The notes: generated by a model from the sequence alone, not told the origin. DNA of 64,000 nucleotides from Octopus vulgaris (GCA_951406725.2 OX597816.1:104098001-104162000); one strand, 5' to 3'. Shown: positions 25,924-40,388, counted from the stretch's first letter. Program-made: numbers and translations.

Positions 25924-28900
25924 GTGAGTCATTGCCTAACAAATGGAATTAAGAGTGACTTTTAAGTTAATTATATGTCTAGCGATGAATCAAAGACGGC
26001 TTCACCCCTGAGTTACGTGCAGCTGTCTCACTGAGGGTAAATGAAAACAGTTGCAGTAAGAGGTCAACAAACGACACATCTCCATGCATGAACGATAAAC
26101 CAACATCACCGACACATTAGCGAATAATAGATGCGCCTATATTTTCTATGAGAGCGACTACATCTGCAGTAGCTGCAACGATTGCAACAGTAGCAACAGC
26201 AGTCATACCAGCTGCATCAAAAATACTAAACTTACTAATATTGTTTCTGGTGATATAGAAGCCAACAAGACTGTGTTTGCACAAATACTGTCAGGTGCAG
26301 CAGCTGCAATAGCAGAAGCAGTAGGAGTGGCAACAGCCAAAGTAATAACAGCAGTAAAAGAAGCCTGCGACGACTGCAGCGACGTGAGCTAATAGAGGAA
26401 CTGTAGGTTGTTACTTGACCTACAAGAAATATCAGTTAAATCTCTCTCATATCACAGCTAAATGTATTTTAGAAAAACAAAGGCAGATATTTTTAATAAT
26501 GCTATCTGAGATATATTGTATCAGAAAATCCAGGAAAGTCATTATTAGAGTAGTTTTGTTCATAAGTAAACCTGCCTCGTCAATGTTACCTTGGGCTACA
26601 GCAGCGATAGAAGTGGTAGCAGAGTCCTTTATCTATAATGGAGGAAACAGCTTTGTGGTAAAACTCTTGACTTAGGCAATAACAAGAAGCGGTCTAAACC
26701 TCAACATTACCTGTGCCAAGAAAGATAGAAATTAAGCCCCCGGAGGAGTAAATCAAAGGAAAGGAAAGGTTATAGAGCCTTGAAATAATTTTTCTTTTTT
26801 AGAATCAGCTGGTAGATTGGATCATTCCTCAAAACATGGACATTTGTAAGTTAGATGTCCGGTTTAAAACAGAGGGAGAAACGAAGATATACCACCTCGT
26901 TTCAGCGCTTGACAAAATACTCTGTTGTACTGTTATATCAAAGGAGATGGGTTGTATTCATTGAATCAAATAATATCTAACCTGAGGTCTTCTTTAGCCA
27001 CATGACATCCTTTTCCGTAGAATATGAAGGTGTGCTGGATCTCAAATTCGAGACAATTACTAGAATCCTAGGTGTTGCTCATACTCCTCTCTGCTACCGT
27101 TTCATATGTAGATATCGTTACTATCATGGCATCGGACATCATGTGAATCGAAGTAACGAGAGTCTTAGCAGAGGAATATGAAGTGTTAATACGTATATCG
27201 ATCAGCTAAAACAACAGAATTTGAAACCAGAATGCAAAGAGCCAAGTGAAATATTAGATAGCATTTTGTCTGACGCTCTAACGATTTTGCCAGCTCACTG
27301 CCATCCTCTGCAATAAATAGCGACAAATATTCAACAGCTATATCCAAATAAATTACAGTAAAATACTTCAACTAGTTCTCTTATGCTTTCGCCTTCCTTT
27401 GTTTTACTATCACATGTGTCATTGTAAAACATGAATTTCTAACAGTGGAAAATGTTAAAAGTTTAGTGGTGCGATGTATTACTCAGCACCTCAGAACGTA
27501 GAGATGTAACTAATGCCACACTACTCTAGTAGGCACTTGTTTTATTGACTTTTGAAGAATGGAAATGAGAAATTTGAACCACAATCTAAAAAAAAAAACA
27601 AAAAAACAATTCAACGAAATATCACGACGCCATTTTGTGGGCAAAATATATATTTCTTACAATAGCACAACCCAGCACTTTTGGGGAAAGGTATAGTCCA
27701 TTGCATCGTTCCAAGTACTTCTCTATACGCTGCAAAACATTTTATCCGACGCGCTAACGATTCTGATGATCCATTATGTTCTTGTAGTTTTACGCTGTTA
27801 TTGTTGTTTTTTGTTTTTGTCTTTTATGATGATAACATCGGCGAATAGCGAGAGTATATGGGTATATTGTGATGGTGATGATGATGATGAATTTTCTTTT
27901 TGGTGGGAAGCAGATTGATGAAATGGTATTTATGAAAATGATGAACACGTTGACGATAGCCATGATAAGAATGACGATTGAGATGATGATGATGATGATG
28001 ATGATGACGATGATGATTGTCATTATAATGATGGTGATGATGATGGCAAGTAGTACGATAGAGACGATAACGAAGATAGAGATTATTATCGATGGTATGG
28101 ATGATAGTGCAGTTTGCCCTTTTAATGGCATTAAATTTATAATGATACAAGCGAAACTATCTACCACAACTACTAATACTACTATTACTGCTCTTAGATT
28201 TTTCTATGACATTATAATTGCTAACTCCGTTGCTGACCACTGTCTTGTCAATGTTCGTGTTTTCAGAAACACGATGAAGAGATTAAGAACTAATTTTAGT
28301 TTTATATTAATAATGATTTCTATAATAGGCAGAAAGGTCAGAAATTTTAATGGGATTGTATAGTCGATTAAGTCAGCCAAACTACTTGAGTGGTATTTAT
28401 TTTAATGACTCCTGAAGGATGAAAGACAAAATCAAACCTCAGCAGGATTTGAACGCAGAATCATGCAAGTACTGAACTAAATATCACAAGGCATTTTCAT
28501 TACCTCTCTACCGACTGTACCAAGCAACTGCAGTGAAATCTTATTATCGTTAATTGAATGAATTGTCTTGCATATTTAGTTTAGATTTTGAGTTCAAATT
28601 TTCCAAGGTCGATGAAATAAAGTACAAATTAAGATTGAAGATATTATAATCGAATATAATCCTCTCCTTAAATTCGAGGCTTTGTGCCTCAAATTTGTCA
28701 GTACGACATAATCGTTTTGAAGAATTTATAAATAATTTGTTACCTAAGCATATGTAAAGTATTTATAGAGTGGAAGAAACAATGTTGTGTAACGATCATG
28801 TCTTTTCTATGATATTTTATTAACGAAAGGAAAACGCTTCAGTTTAGTTCCGCAGATTTGTTATTATGTTTTTATTTTAAAGTGTTGTTTATATATTAGT

Positions 28901-29200
28901 ATATAACAATGACTGAAGGCAACAGCTAGGCATGCTATATCTATGATCCAGCATGGCTTGCTTTCTTTCTCAACACTATACCTGGTTTCCTATCTCATGG
29001 CCGCACTGGATCATAAAATTCCATAGGATCTTTGCATTATCATTTTCGATGGTGCCTTCGGGTTTATGTTCGTACCACTTTTTTGCTCTGTCAAGTCTAT
29101 ACTTGTTGCAAAGTGTCTAATGGACAAGCCATGCTATATTATCATGACGTCTCTTATATTCTTTCTGGGCAAATTGTTGTTGTTGTTATTATTATTATTA

Positions 29201-29299
<99 letters not shown>

Positions 29300-29589
29300 G
29301 TTGCTATTATTGTTGTTGTTGTTGTTAGTACGTCTAGCAATAGGCTTAGTAGTATTTCATCTCTCTTCAAATTCCGCCGGGGTCGGTTTTGCCATTCATC
29401 CTTCTGGGGTGCGGGTGGGGCAAAAAATAAATACCAGTTGAACACTGGAGTCGATGTAATCGATTTAATCTACCCACCCTACAAGCTGCCCTTGTGGAAA
29501 AAATTGAAGTAATAATAATAATAATGATAATAATAATAATAATAATAATAATGATAATAATAATAATAATAATAAAATTATAATAATGA

Positions 29590-31990
29590 TGATAATAATA
29601 ATACCTACTTCAGAAGCAAAGAAAACTGATACAAATAGCCGCAAAACACAAGCAAAACAAAAAACAGACAAATACAAACAAGAAATCATACTACCTAACA
29701 AATATGAAGAAGAAGAAGAAACAACAAAAGCTATAAAACAAATGAAATCCAAACTAAAACTAGAACAACAGCGGACCATGATAAAATGATGGCAAGAAAA
29801 GCCTCTGCATGGCAAATACTGGACTAAACTAAACGCAAAAGAAATACACAGAGAAAAATCCCAGCAATGGTTGAAAAGCTCAGGACTCAAAGGCAGAGAC
29901 GGAGGGATTTTTAATTGCAGTACAAGACCAAAGCCTCCCCAGCAGAAATGACCAAAAACATATTATGAAAAGAAACAACAAGTAACTGCAGAATATGTCG
30001 AGATGGACAAGCATGTCTGGCTTTGGTGTAATTCTCTTATTTCATTTGCTTTATCTAGTGTGATTTTGCTACTCTTAACTATTTTTCCTCTTTTCGAGGT
30101 CGCTTTGGCACATTTTTCGAAGCCAGATTTCATGTTTATTTATTTGGTAAACCCATGTTCTGTCTGTAGTAATGTTTCCAGCTGTTTTATCATTTGTGGC
30201 GTACAGTGTTAGGTCATCGATATATAACAGGTGGCTGATTGTTTTGTCGTAATAGTTGTATTCACATTCAGTTCCGTTTAGCATATCAGATAAAGGTGTC
30301 AGTGCTAAGTAGAAAAGGAGTGGAGAGAGAGTGTCTCCCTGGAACATTCCTCTTCTAATGGAGATTGCTTTGGTTTTTATGGGTCCCTCTTTTATCTGGA
30401 GCTGTAGCCCTGTCCGCCATTTATTCATAGAATTGTTTTTATATTCTATGATTATAGGTGCTACCTTGTTCATGGTTAGTGTTTCTAGGATCAACGTGTG
30501 AGAAATATTGTCAGAAGCCTTTGGGTAATCAATCCAGGCCATACCCTTCTTCTTTCTGCGGCTGTCTGCAGTTATGGCTTTATTGAGCATTAGCTGATCT
30601 TTACAGCTGTATGAGCCCTTGCAGCATCCCTTTTGCTCTTCTGGAAATAGGTTGTTTTCTTCCAGATGCTTGTTTATTCTCTGCGATAATATTTCAGTAA
30701 AGGCTTTGTAAATTGTAGGGAGACAAGTTATCGGTCTTTAATTTTGTGGGTTTTCCGTTTCAGTGGATTTGAGAATTAGGATAGTTTTCCATTCCGTGAG
30801 CCATTCAGGCATTGCCTCTGTCTCTGCTAGTATTTCATTAAATTTCTTAGCCTGATTTTTTGTGTTCCTGTCAGGTATTTTAATCAAAAGTTAGGGATCT
30901 TATCGTGACCTGGTTCCTTCCAGTTGCTTATTTTTTGCAGTGCCTGGGTCCAGAGTTGTTCGGGTGCTGAGTTCGTTGTTTTGATAGACCTTTTCTGAGG
31001 TTGTTCATTTGCCGACCATATTTCTTTCCAAAATTCTTCCCCTTCATCTGCTGTTGGTACTGCATTGATCTCTATTTTGTTTTTGCCGGGTTCTCGGTAG
31101 AATCTTTTGGGGTTGGAGTTGAACTGTTTGTTTTGTTCAAAGAAACGTTTGCGTTTCTCATACCGGCGAATTCTTTGTGCTTTGGCGAGGATGGCTTGCT
31201 TTAGCTGTTCTTTTACCTCCTATATACCTTGTTCAGTAATTTTGTAATTACGTAGTATTTTTTTCTCTTCTTCTTGTTTAGTAGTGTCAATTGTCTACTA
31301 GTTTCATTAAGGATTGACAGATCTTTTCTCTTTTTTTCTATACCCAAACAAACCTTAGGGCTTGTTTGGGTGGTGGTACTCCTGCTTGGGTGGGTTGAGG
31401 GAGTATCCAGTCTCTTTTGTGGCCACAGCGGCTGCTGCATGTATTATATCGTTTAGCTTGATCATATTGTTTCTGTGGCTAATAGTTCTGTTACGGCCAG
31501 GTTCAAGATATTAATTACTGATGTTGTTTCAGTATCAATTTTAATTTCTTGGAGGTACAATTGGTGGTCCATATTGAGATCTGTGGCTTTCAGTTCTTTG
31601 ATTATGCTCATTTTTAGAGTATCATAATCATTAGTTTCCCCTTCACTGTTTCCAGGTTTTAGATTTGTTTGGTATTCCATCCTGTTTATATTTGTGTCTG
31701 TGGTGTTCTGTTTTGGTGCATTTTGCTCATCATTATATATTCTTATGATCTGGGTTTGTTGTCTTTCGATGTTTATTTCGTTTATGTTGGACAGATTACG
31801 CCTGTCTTCGTGTTTTACATTCCCAGTGCTTATGATGTTATTTGGCATTGCTGTGCGGTTACTATCAACATTTTCCTAATATATCTTTCCTTTTAAGCGT
31901 TCCATTTCCATTTCTGATATAGTTTTGTGTTGAGAATATATCTTCGAATGTTAGCTAGTTTATTAGGGTTCGTTGTTGTGTCCAAATCTT
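29590..31990. mobile_element. R4/Dong-type LINE with internal inversion: RT part on minus (30011-31990), downstream part on plus (29590-30010)
   Basis: Minus: RPITCLPT, EEQKGC, MAWIDY.KA.D.ISH, RRGMFQGDTLSPLLF, SHLLYIDDL. Plus: WQEKPLHGKY, QWLKSSGLK.ETEGFLIA.QDQ, CRIC. Flanked by TAA/TAT tracts. Confidence 0.88.
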
Positions 31991-33161
31991 TATGTAAATT
32001 ATTTTTCTTCCAGATTTTATTATTATTATTATTATTATTATTAATTTTTTTTCAGACTCGACTCACAAATTTTCAAAGTGAGTCCTTTTCGGATGGCCAA
32101 AGAACTTCATGTGTAATGTATCCGTGACTGAACCACTAAAATTATAATACTATACAGCTATTTCGAAGTATCCTGGAGCACTGCTGGATTTGTGGATGAA
32201 AATACAAACTACATCTTTGGGGTTTTGTTTTTAATATTATCAGTCAAGTGTTGTAAACAGTTCAAAAGTTCAATAAATTGGTTTGTCGTGAAGAGGTAGA
32301 AAATTTTAACGATTCAAGTCGCATTCAAGTTTCGTCCAATTAATGAATCTTTGCTGATACGGGCTTGTTTAGATTTTCGACAGTTATCTTATCACTCAGT
32401 GTATAAACCAAGACATCTGGGCGTCAAGTTTGGAATCTACGCCAGACATCGTTGTCGATGGATGTTTAGTTTTACTGGTCGGTACACAATCTTCGTGTCA
32501 TGATTTTCTAAGCAATAATATCCAGGGTCATTTTATTCAGTCCACTGAGAATGATAATCCAATTATAAGAGCAGTGTCCAGTTCAAGGAAAAGAGAAAAA
32601 AATAGAGAAAGAGAGAGAGAGAGAGAGAGAGAGTGAGTGAGTGAGAGAGAGAAGGTAGGGGAGAGGAAAGAATAATGGTAACTGCTACTAGCCTCTATTG
32701 CTTGTTTGAACAGTTTTGATAGGAGCTTTTAATACATGTAATTTTGACGCCAATACGTAGAGTTTCCAATACTCAAGGTATGATAGCAATAAATTATACT
32801 ATCCGTTGAAATATGAACGACCTGCAATTGATGATTTGAAACAAAGCTTTTACGTCATTTCCTTGTCCATTCTGTTTATCACAGTTAACGTAGTTGCACA
32901 GTGTAGCCATTTGTTAACGAATAATAAAATTCAACAACCATTATTTCAATATTTATAACAGAAATAATGAGAAAATATCCCTTTGACGCGCCCGGACTTG
33001 TTATCAAGAGCCTATACAGGTTTTCTTACAGTCTGACATGGCTGAAGTTGTGAAGATCAATAGTTTGACAAAATTAGTAACTGGAGACACAATTCCAGTT
33101 TGCTTGTTCATCTAGTTTATTAAACTGGGTATTAACAACATGGTTGTAAGCAGTTTTCAAC

Positions 33162-33307
<146 letters not shown>

Positions 33308-34599
33308 GCCTGCCTGCATGTACGTATGTATGTCTGCCTGCCAGCTAGCTACCTGTTTTTCCGTCCATTAAACTCCATTTCATTCCCGCTTCCATTTTTA
33401 TCCCCTAAGCTTGCTTGTGTATGTATGTATGTATGTATGTATGTATGTATGTATGTATGTATGCATGCATGTATGTAAGTATGTATGACTGCATGCATGT
33501 GTATGTATATGCATCTACACATACACATACGCTTGGTAGCGTCTTGCATATGAAATACTATATGAAATATAGTGAGTTGAAAAACTACAATCATCTGAGA
33601 TTAATTATATAATTAATAAACCCAAACTCTCTTGATATATATTTCTTTTTAAAAAGGGAGAAAACTCTAATACGATCGATTGATCGATTTTGATTTGACA
33701 TTATAGATTATGTTTAAAGCATACCAATGAAAGCAAAATTAGATTACCTCAGCAGAATAACTCCAGCATTTCTCGAACTAGTGCTTCCGGTCCGCTCCCG
33801 TTCCCCGGAAAAGATTCTGTTCCCCAGAAATCACTGCACTAATTGTTCTATAAAATATAACAATGTTAAAATGTAATGGGTAATGCGAATTTCTTTTTTT
33901 TTTGTTTTGTTTCAGACAATTTGTCATCCCGAGTACGGAGTACGGGCAAAAACTCAGCGAGAGCTGCGCTAACAATACTCCGATATTACACCATACATTA
34001 GCAACGTTAGATATGACGGCGAGCATTCAACCACAGTTACTCTATAATTAAATGTATCAGAATAAGAGCAGCCTATTCTGAATATGGCCACATATTTTCT
34101 ATCATTCTCAAATACCTCCCCTTAATTAATGCCGTTATTGATGTTGGTGGCTAATAACATAATTCCATATTTAATGTTATCAAATCAAAATTTGTTGAAA
34201 TATATCTAACACAATTATTTCTAATTGATATATTTTACTAATACCTTCTAATGCAGATTAATGGCTAAGGAGAACTAATAGCAATTGAATTAATGTTCAG
34301 TCCACAAGTAAAGACATCGGTAATAAAAATTAAACAATGTTGAGAGTTGCAGTGGTAACAGGAATGGTAAAGCCAAAAGTATTTGAACCTGCATTGTGAC
34401 GAATATGTAAATATTTGATTTCCTTGTAGGCAGTTATAACAATCATTCACCATTATATATACATTTTCCATATTGAATTATCAAATGTGTGCGTGAAACC
34501 ATCAAATTTTGATTACCAAACATGAATTTTCATATAAACGAATAAATATTTTCGTAAATAAGGAAGAATTATTTTTTGCCCAAACTGTATTAAACGCAC

Positions 34600-35420
34600 A
34601 TTTCATGAAATCTTAAGACTTATAACCAAGAAAGAATATCCATATAGGAAAACAAGATAATTCTCTTTGCACTGAAAATTGTAATATAGTAGCTGCAACA
34701 AAGGAAAAGTATTGTTCTACCTGGCAATCCATTTAAACACAAAATAAACGATATGGTGAAAAATACAGGAAAGAAAGCAATAAGTTTTGAAACAACGTTT
34801 TGAATAAATAAATGGCAAAGTTTTAGTGTTTCTAGACCAACACCGTCTATCGGCAAGATATGGCACATTTGATTTTAATGGGAAAGCTCAGGAATTTAAT
34901 GCAACAGCATTAAATCTATTATTAAAGGCTTCATATACAGCATATTTTGTGTTTTAAAAGAATTAAATCTAAACACGCAAGTCACGGACGTAAATATTTT
35001 AAAAGGTCATAAGAAAGTGTAAGCAACAATTTCAAAATTGACTTTATGGAATTAACAAATTCTAAAAAAATTTCAAGTTCTTTTAAGCAGCATCTAAACT
35101 TTCTAGGAAATCATTGCGAAATATACTTGAAATAATACGTACGTTCTGCATCAATTCAAGGAGTTTTCTGGCAGTTAATAAAGCATTTAAATGAATAGTT
35201 TATCCTCAAACCATGCCAACCAACAAAATGTGAATTAAAGATCAATTCAGTGCAAAAATAGAAAAAGAAGAAATATTACAGCTAAACGATCTAGAAGTGA
35301 TTTCCTTAATTGAACTTTCATGCGACGCTGTTTTGAAGCGAAGATATGAGGTTGATGTGAAAGTGGATTTCCTATTTTGGTTTTCTTAAAAAATAAAAAA
35401 GTATTGAAACAGTTTTATGA
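34600..35420 (+). mobile_element. Possible decayed hAT (Buster/Charlie-like) transposase remnant
   Basis: LIELSCDAVLKRRYE...VDF (~35305-35370) resembles a hAT C-terminal motif; the rest is too decayed to read. Confidence 0.35.
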
Positions 35421-36166
35421 GGAGCAAGAATTAAGGCGAATAATTAATTTCTATTTCCTCAAATGTACAACTGTATTGTGATAGCAAGCAATGCCACGAG
35501 GAGTTGTTTGCTATCACACACCTGTGCACATAAAACAAAATGATAAACTTCACACATATATAGCATACACTGCATACATTTATACACCCATTGCCTCGGC
35601 GTAACTTCAGAAAAAAACCTGTACACATACGTCCATTTATATGCATGAATATGCACACACTTATACAAATTCAGAACACAAAGACCAATATGCAATTAGA
35701 TATATTACTCACTACAAACTCACACGCACGCCCATCCAAAAGTATTCACTCATAACAAGAAAACAAAAATTCCACTCCACCCAAGACAAAATACCACTAT
35801 TATCACACCAAATAGACACACACACGACAAACAAATAATGGGCATAACAACAAAAATACAACACACCAAAATTATTCATTCAAAAAAATGATTATTCATT
35901 TAAAGCATATTAATGCACTATAGTTATGTACTTAAGTTCACCGCTTTCACCAGTCATAAGCATTCATAAAAATACTCACCCCAATATTTCTCATTTAGTT
36001 TCTTTGACCAATGGCAAAATGACAAATAGTCATACTAAATTGCCAATCAAGCCACATGACTTCAATCTGCCGCGCACACATGCACACAAATACTTCTTTG
36101 AGTAAATGTAAAAAAAAAAAAACCCCAAAAACCCAACAAATTCTAAAGAAATACAAACTCTTACAA

Positions 36167-36590
36167 GGCGAGCTGACAGAAACGTTAGCACGCCGGGCGA
36201 AATGCGTAGCCGTATTTCGTCTGCCGTTACGTTCTGAGTTCAAATTCCGCCGAGGTCGACTTTGCCTTTCATCCTTTCGGGGTCGATAAATTAAGTACCA
36301 GTTACGCACTGAGGTCGATGTAATCTACTTAATCCGTTTGTCTGTCCTTGTTTGTCCACTCTGTGTGTAGCCCCTTGTGGGCACTAAAGAATTTCTTTAC
36401 TGTGTTTAGCCCCTTGTGAGTAGTAAAGAAATAAGTATTTTATTTGCCACTACGTTCTGAGTTCAAATTCCGCCGAAGTCGACTTTGCCTTTCATCCTTT
36501 CGGGGTCGATTAAATAAGTACCAGTTTGTCTGTCCTTGTTTGTCCCCTCAGTGTGTAGCCCCTTGTGAGCAGTAAAGAAATAAGTAATAC
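36167..36590 (+). mobile_element. Dimeric tRNA-derived SINE family 1 (central domain resembling the Meta/MESC SINE domain)
   Basis: GGCGAGCTG.CAGAAACGTTAG head, two GAGTTCAAATTCCGCCGA..GCCTTTCATCCTTTCGGGGTCGAT cores, AGCCCCTTGTG tails. Confidence 0.9.
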
Positions 36591-36884
36591 AAACTCTCTC
36601 AAACACACACACACATACACAAACATCAAAGTATATAAATATACCACAAATACCAGTTGTAACAGTTTTCACCCGAGGATCGCAGTGAAATATAACTAGA
36701 GTCGCGAAAAAAAACCTCTGTTTCAATTTCACTAATAATAAACCATATCCATTATAATAAGTGCTGAACATTCCACACTGATTCGGCTGACGTACGTAAA
36801 TATCCCCTCCCTACATACGCACATATATAGAGTTAGATGGATATTGAGATAAATGTGTGTGTGTGTGCATCTATCTATATATAA

Positions 36885-37285
36885 TTCTTTATTGCCCACA
36901 AGGGGCTAAACATAGAGGGGACAAACAAGGACAGGCAAAGGATTAAGTCGATTACATCGACCCCAGTGCGTAATTTGTACTTATTTAATCGACCCCGAAA
37001 GGATAAAAGGCAAAGTCGACCACGGCGGAATTTGAACTCAGAACGTAGCGGTAGACGAAATACCTATTTCTTTACAACCCACAAGGGGCTAAACACAGAG
37101 AGGACAAACAAGGACAGACAAACGAATTAAGTCGATTATATCGACCCCAGTACGTAACTGGTACTTATTTAATCGACCCCAAAAGGATGAAAGGTTAAGT
37201 CGACCTTGGCGGAATTTGAACTCAGAACGTAACGGCAGACGAAATACGGCTACGCTTTTTCGCCCGGCGTGCTAACGTTTCTGCC
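36885..37285 (-). mobile_element. Dimeric SINE family 1, inverted relative to the 36167 copy
   Basis: Reverse complement of the same two-core structure. Confidence 0.9.
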
Positions 37286-39089
37286 TGATGACCTCATTTC
37301 TCTGTATATGCACATACTTACTGTATTTACATGGATACAACATGGTCTCAAAGGTAGAGCGAACTGCGAGTTTAACTAGAGTTAATTATAATTTTGGTAG
37401 CAACTTATAAATCGCGTAAAACATAAAACGCCAAACGTATAAAACCTAATAATGAAAAACGCTAACACTGCTATCGTTTTTCTCTTGTAGCTAGTCACAT
37501 TAACATAATAGCTATCGAGAAAAAGCTTAGCATGGGACTTAAAATGAGTTTGTCATTTAAAAATAATCAAAGATGATTCACCATATGATGTTTCAAATAG
37601 CCTCACTTATTATCTTTCTTTAGCTGTTCATCAGTGTCCCATTTCTTAATCTTATTCATTTTCAGTAGAAGTAATCTTCGTAGTTACAATCTGATCATTT
37701 CACGATAAGTTATCTTCTATTTCATTCAGTTTTTCTTTTTACTGATGCCAATTTTCAAAAAATATATCGTAATACGCATGCGAAAAAGCAGTGATGTGAG
37801 TAAAACAAACTTTTAATCATTTCAAATATGTTCAGGATATATTTGACCCGTACAAAAGCTGTCTACTCAGCTTTTTGCCGTTGAAAATATTTCTTGCTTT
37901 AGCCAATCGGTACTAAAAGACCTCAAAGGTCGTTTCAAGTCATCCTCTGGCGGAAGCGTCGAATGCATCTTTTGCTCCTTGGCTGTCATTAGCACCGTTA
38001 AAATTTCAAGAAGCTTTCGGAAATCACTCATATGCTTAGCATTCTAAGCCACGTTAATCCTAGTGGAGACAACAGCAAGGCTGTTCTTTTTTGTGGGGAT
38101 GTGGGTGTGAAGGAATATACAATATCAGTTGCTACTTGTCTTCATTTTGATATAATATTTTCCAAGGTAACATCCAGGGACTACAGAATAGTTATGAAAC
38201 CATATAGATTTACAGTTTGATGAATTTTCGTATAGTCCAGTATGTGCTTCATTGGATTAATAAGGGGAGCTCTTAAGCGGTCTCTCCCCAACACTGCGGA
38301 TTACTTTAAAAAGGTTTCCAGGTCGTTTATCCTATACTTTTCTCAGTCATTGGATTATGCTTTCGTCATACATTAAATGTTTCGGAAGGCTTTCAACAAT
38401 AAGTCTGGAAAAATCATTTTCACTTATTGGAAAAGTCTTGTTTTCAAACAAACAAACAAACAAACAAACAACAAAACAAAAGAACAAAACAAAATGAAGA
38501 ATTTAATTTGATTCCATTCAATTATATGATACAAAACTCCAGTAAAATGTTTTTCCATGCACTTTTATGGTAACATAAGCAGGTTTATATCCTATTTTTA
38601 TCTAAAGCTTTATTCCTTGTCATGAATAAGTAAATCCTGAGTACGTCACTCACGTTTTCAATGTGAACAATTCCAATACCAATCTGCTTAGTTTTATTAT
38701 GAATTCATGAAATAACAAAATTTAATCATCTAAATAAGAGTGATGCTTTTGTGAAACTTTTACTTTCTGATATAGAGCCAAAGAAAACACTTTGAAGAAT
38801 TTCTGCTACCATCCATTTGAAAAATTGGAAGATTGACTCCCTACATGGCTGTCAGCTTTTAGTATATTCTTTCCTTTATGACTATATATTGTTACAATAC
38901 ATACATCGTTTCTCTTGCATTCCACTCATTCAATCACTCTTGGATTTTGAGCCTGCATTTCATTCAGAGGTGGTTCACCATGCAACTGGACCATATTCTT
39001 TGTCTCTATAGTTCAAAACAGCCCACCAAAACAATAAATTTCTAGAAATTATACTGCTGTTCTTTTCAACAATTTCTTTAAATTTAAAT

Positions 39090-39235
39090 CATGCATGGGC
39101 AACCATTTTCGAGAAGCAGGCCATATGAGACATGGGCCATCATCGGGCGGGCCGCACTACTAAACAAATTCAAGGTAACTTTTCGTTCGGCATGCTACTC
39201 AGTCAACTAGGCGGGCCACAATTTGCCCATGATTG
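39090..39235. mobile_element. hAT-type MITE
   Basis: Imperfect TIRs CATGCATGGGCAA / TTGCCCATGATTG and internal GGGCCGC motifs; TSD unclear. Confidence 0.55.
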
Positions 39236-39942
39236 CTTCTTTAAATGTTGCGTTGCCATAGATCTGTGTTGTAGAATTATGCTTTAGTCTTTCTTTCCAT
39301 TGCCTATTACTGTTCCCAACATTACCAATACTCTGTCGTTGTTTATCTCTGCAAATTCTATGACAAGCAGTTTAAATTTTTCACATCCGTAAAGTTGTGA
39401 TAGCATACATCAGGGACTCAGCTTTCACGTTTTAAACTGTTATATTTTATAATTAAATAATCACTTTTAAGAAATTGAGTGTATAAAGTCATCCTAATGT
39501 GCTAACAAAATTAACAATTACCGCTGGATGTATTCAATACACATATGCAATTTCATAACTGCAGGCAATGAAGTGTGTGCATCAGTCGGCAGCCTATTGT
39601 ACCAGCAAGTATAATGATATTTCAAATTTTGACACCCATTTCATATCAGATTGCATGCATTGTATTCGAGTAAATACACAGTGTGTGATTGTGTACATAC
39701 ATAAATACATACATACATACATTTGTATGCATATGTTTATTGAAGAGACCACTATATTCCAGTTTAATCTATTTTATTAATGATTTTTTAAAATATTCTC
39801 TTACTTGTACTTCATGTTTAGTTGAGAACGCACACACAAACACAGTCAAACACAAATACACATTCACTCACACACACATATACCTATACATACATACATA
39901 CATACATACATACATACATACATACATACATACATACATACA

Positions 39943-39975
<33 letters not shown>

Positions 39976-39984
39976 CTTTTCTCT

Positions 39985-40388
39985 TTCTCTCTTTTACTTG
40001 TTTCAGTCATTTGACTGCGGCCATGCTGGAGCACCGCCTTTAATCGAGCAACTCGACCCCGGGACTTATTCTTTTGTAAGCCCAGTACTTATTCTATCGG
40101 TCTCTTTTGCCGAACCGCTAAGTAACGGGGACATAAACACACCAGCATCGGTTGTCAAGCAATGCTAGGGGGACAAACACAGACACACAAACACACACAC
40201 GCATATATATATATATATATATATACATATATACGACGGGCTTCTTTAAGTTTCCGTCTACCAAATCCACTCACAAGGCTTTGGTCGCCCGAGGCTATAG
40301 TAGAAGACACTTGCCCAAGTTGCCACACAGTGGGACTGAACCCGGAACCATGTGGTTGGTAAACAAGCTACTTACCACACAGCCACTG
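39985..40388 (-). mobile_element. Full-length SINE family 2 with internal microsatellite
   Basis: tRNA-like head GGTTCCGGGTTCAGTCCCACTG, TTGGGCAAGTGTCTT core, GCTCCAGCATGGCCGCAGTCAAATGACTG tail. Confidence 0.9.

Noticed and set aside
28943-29015. TATGATCCAG/CTGGATCATA hairpin as a pre-miRNA
   Set aside because: Only ~10-13 bp paired with a large unpaired loop.
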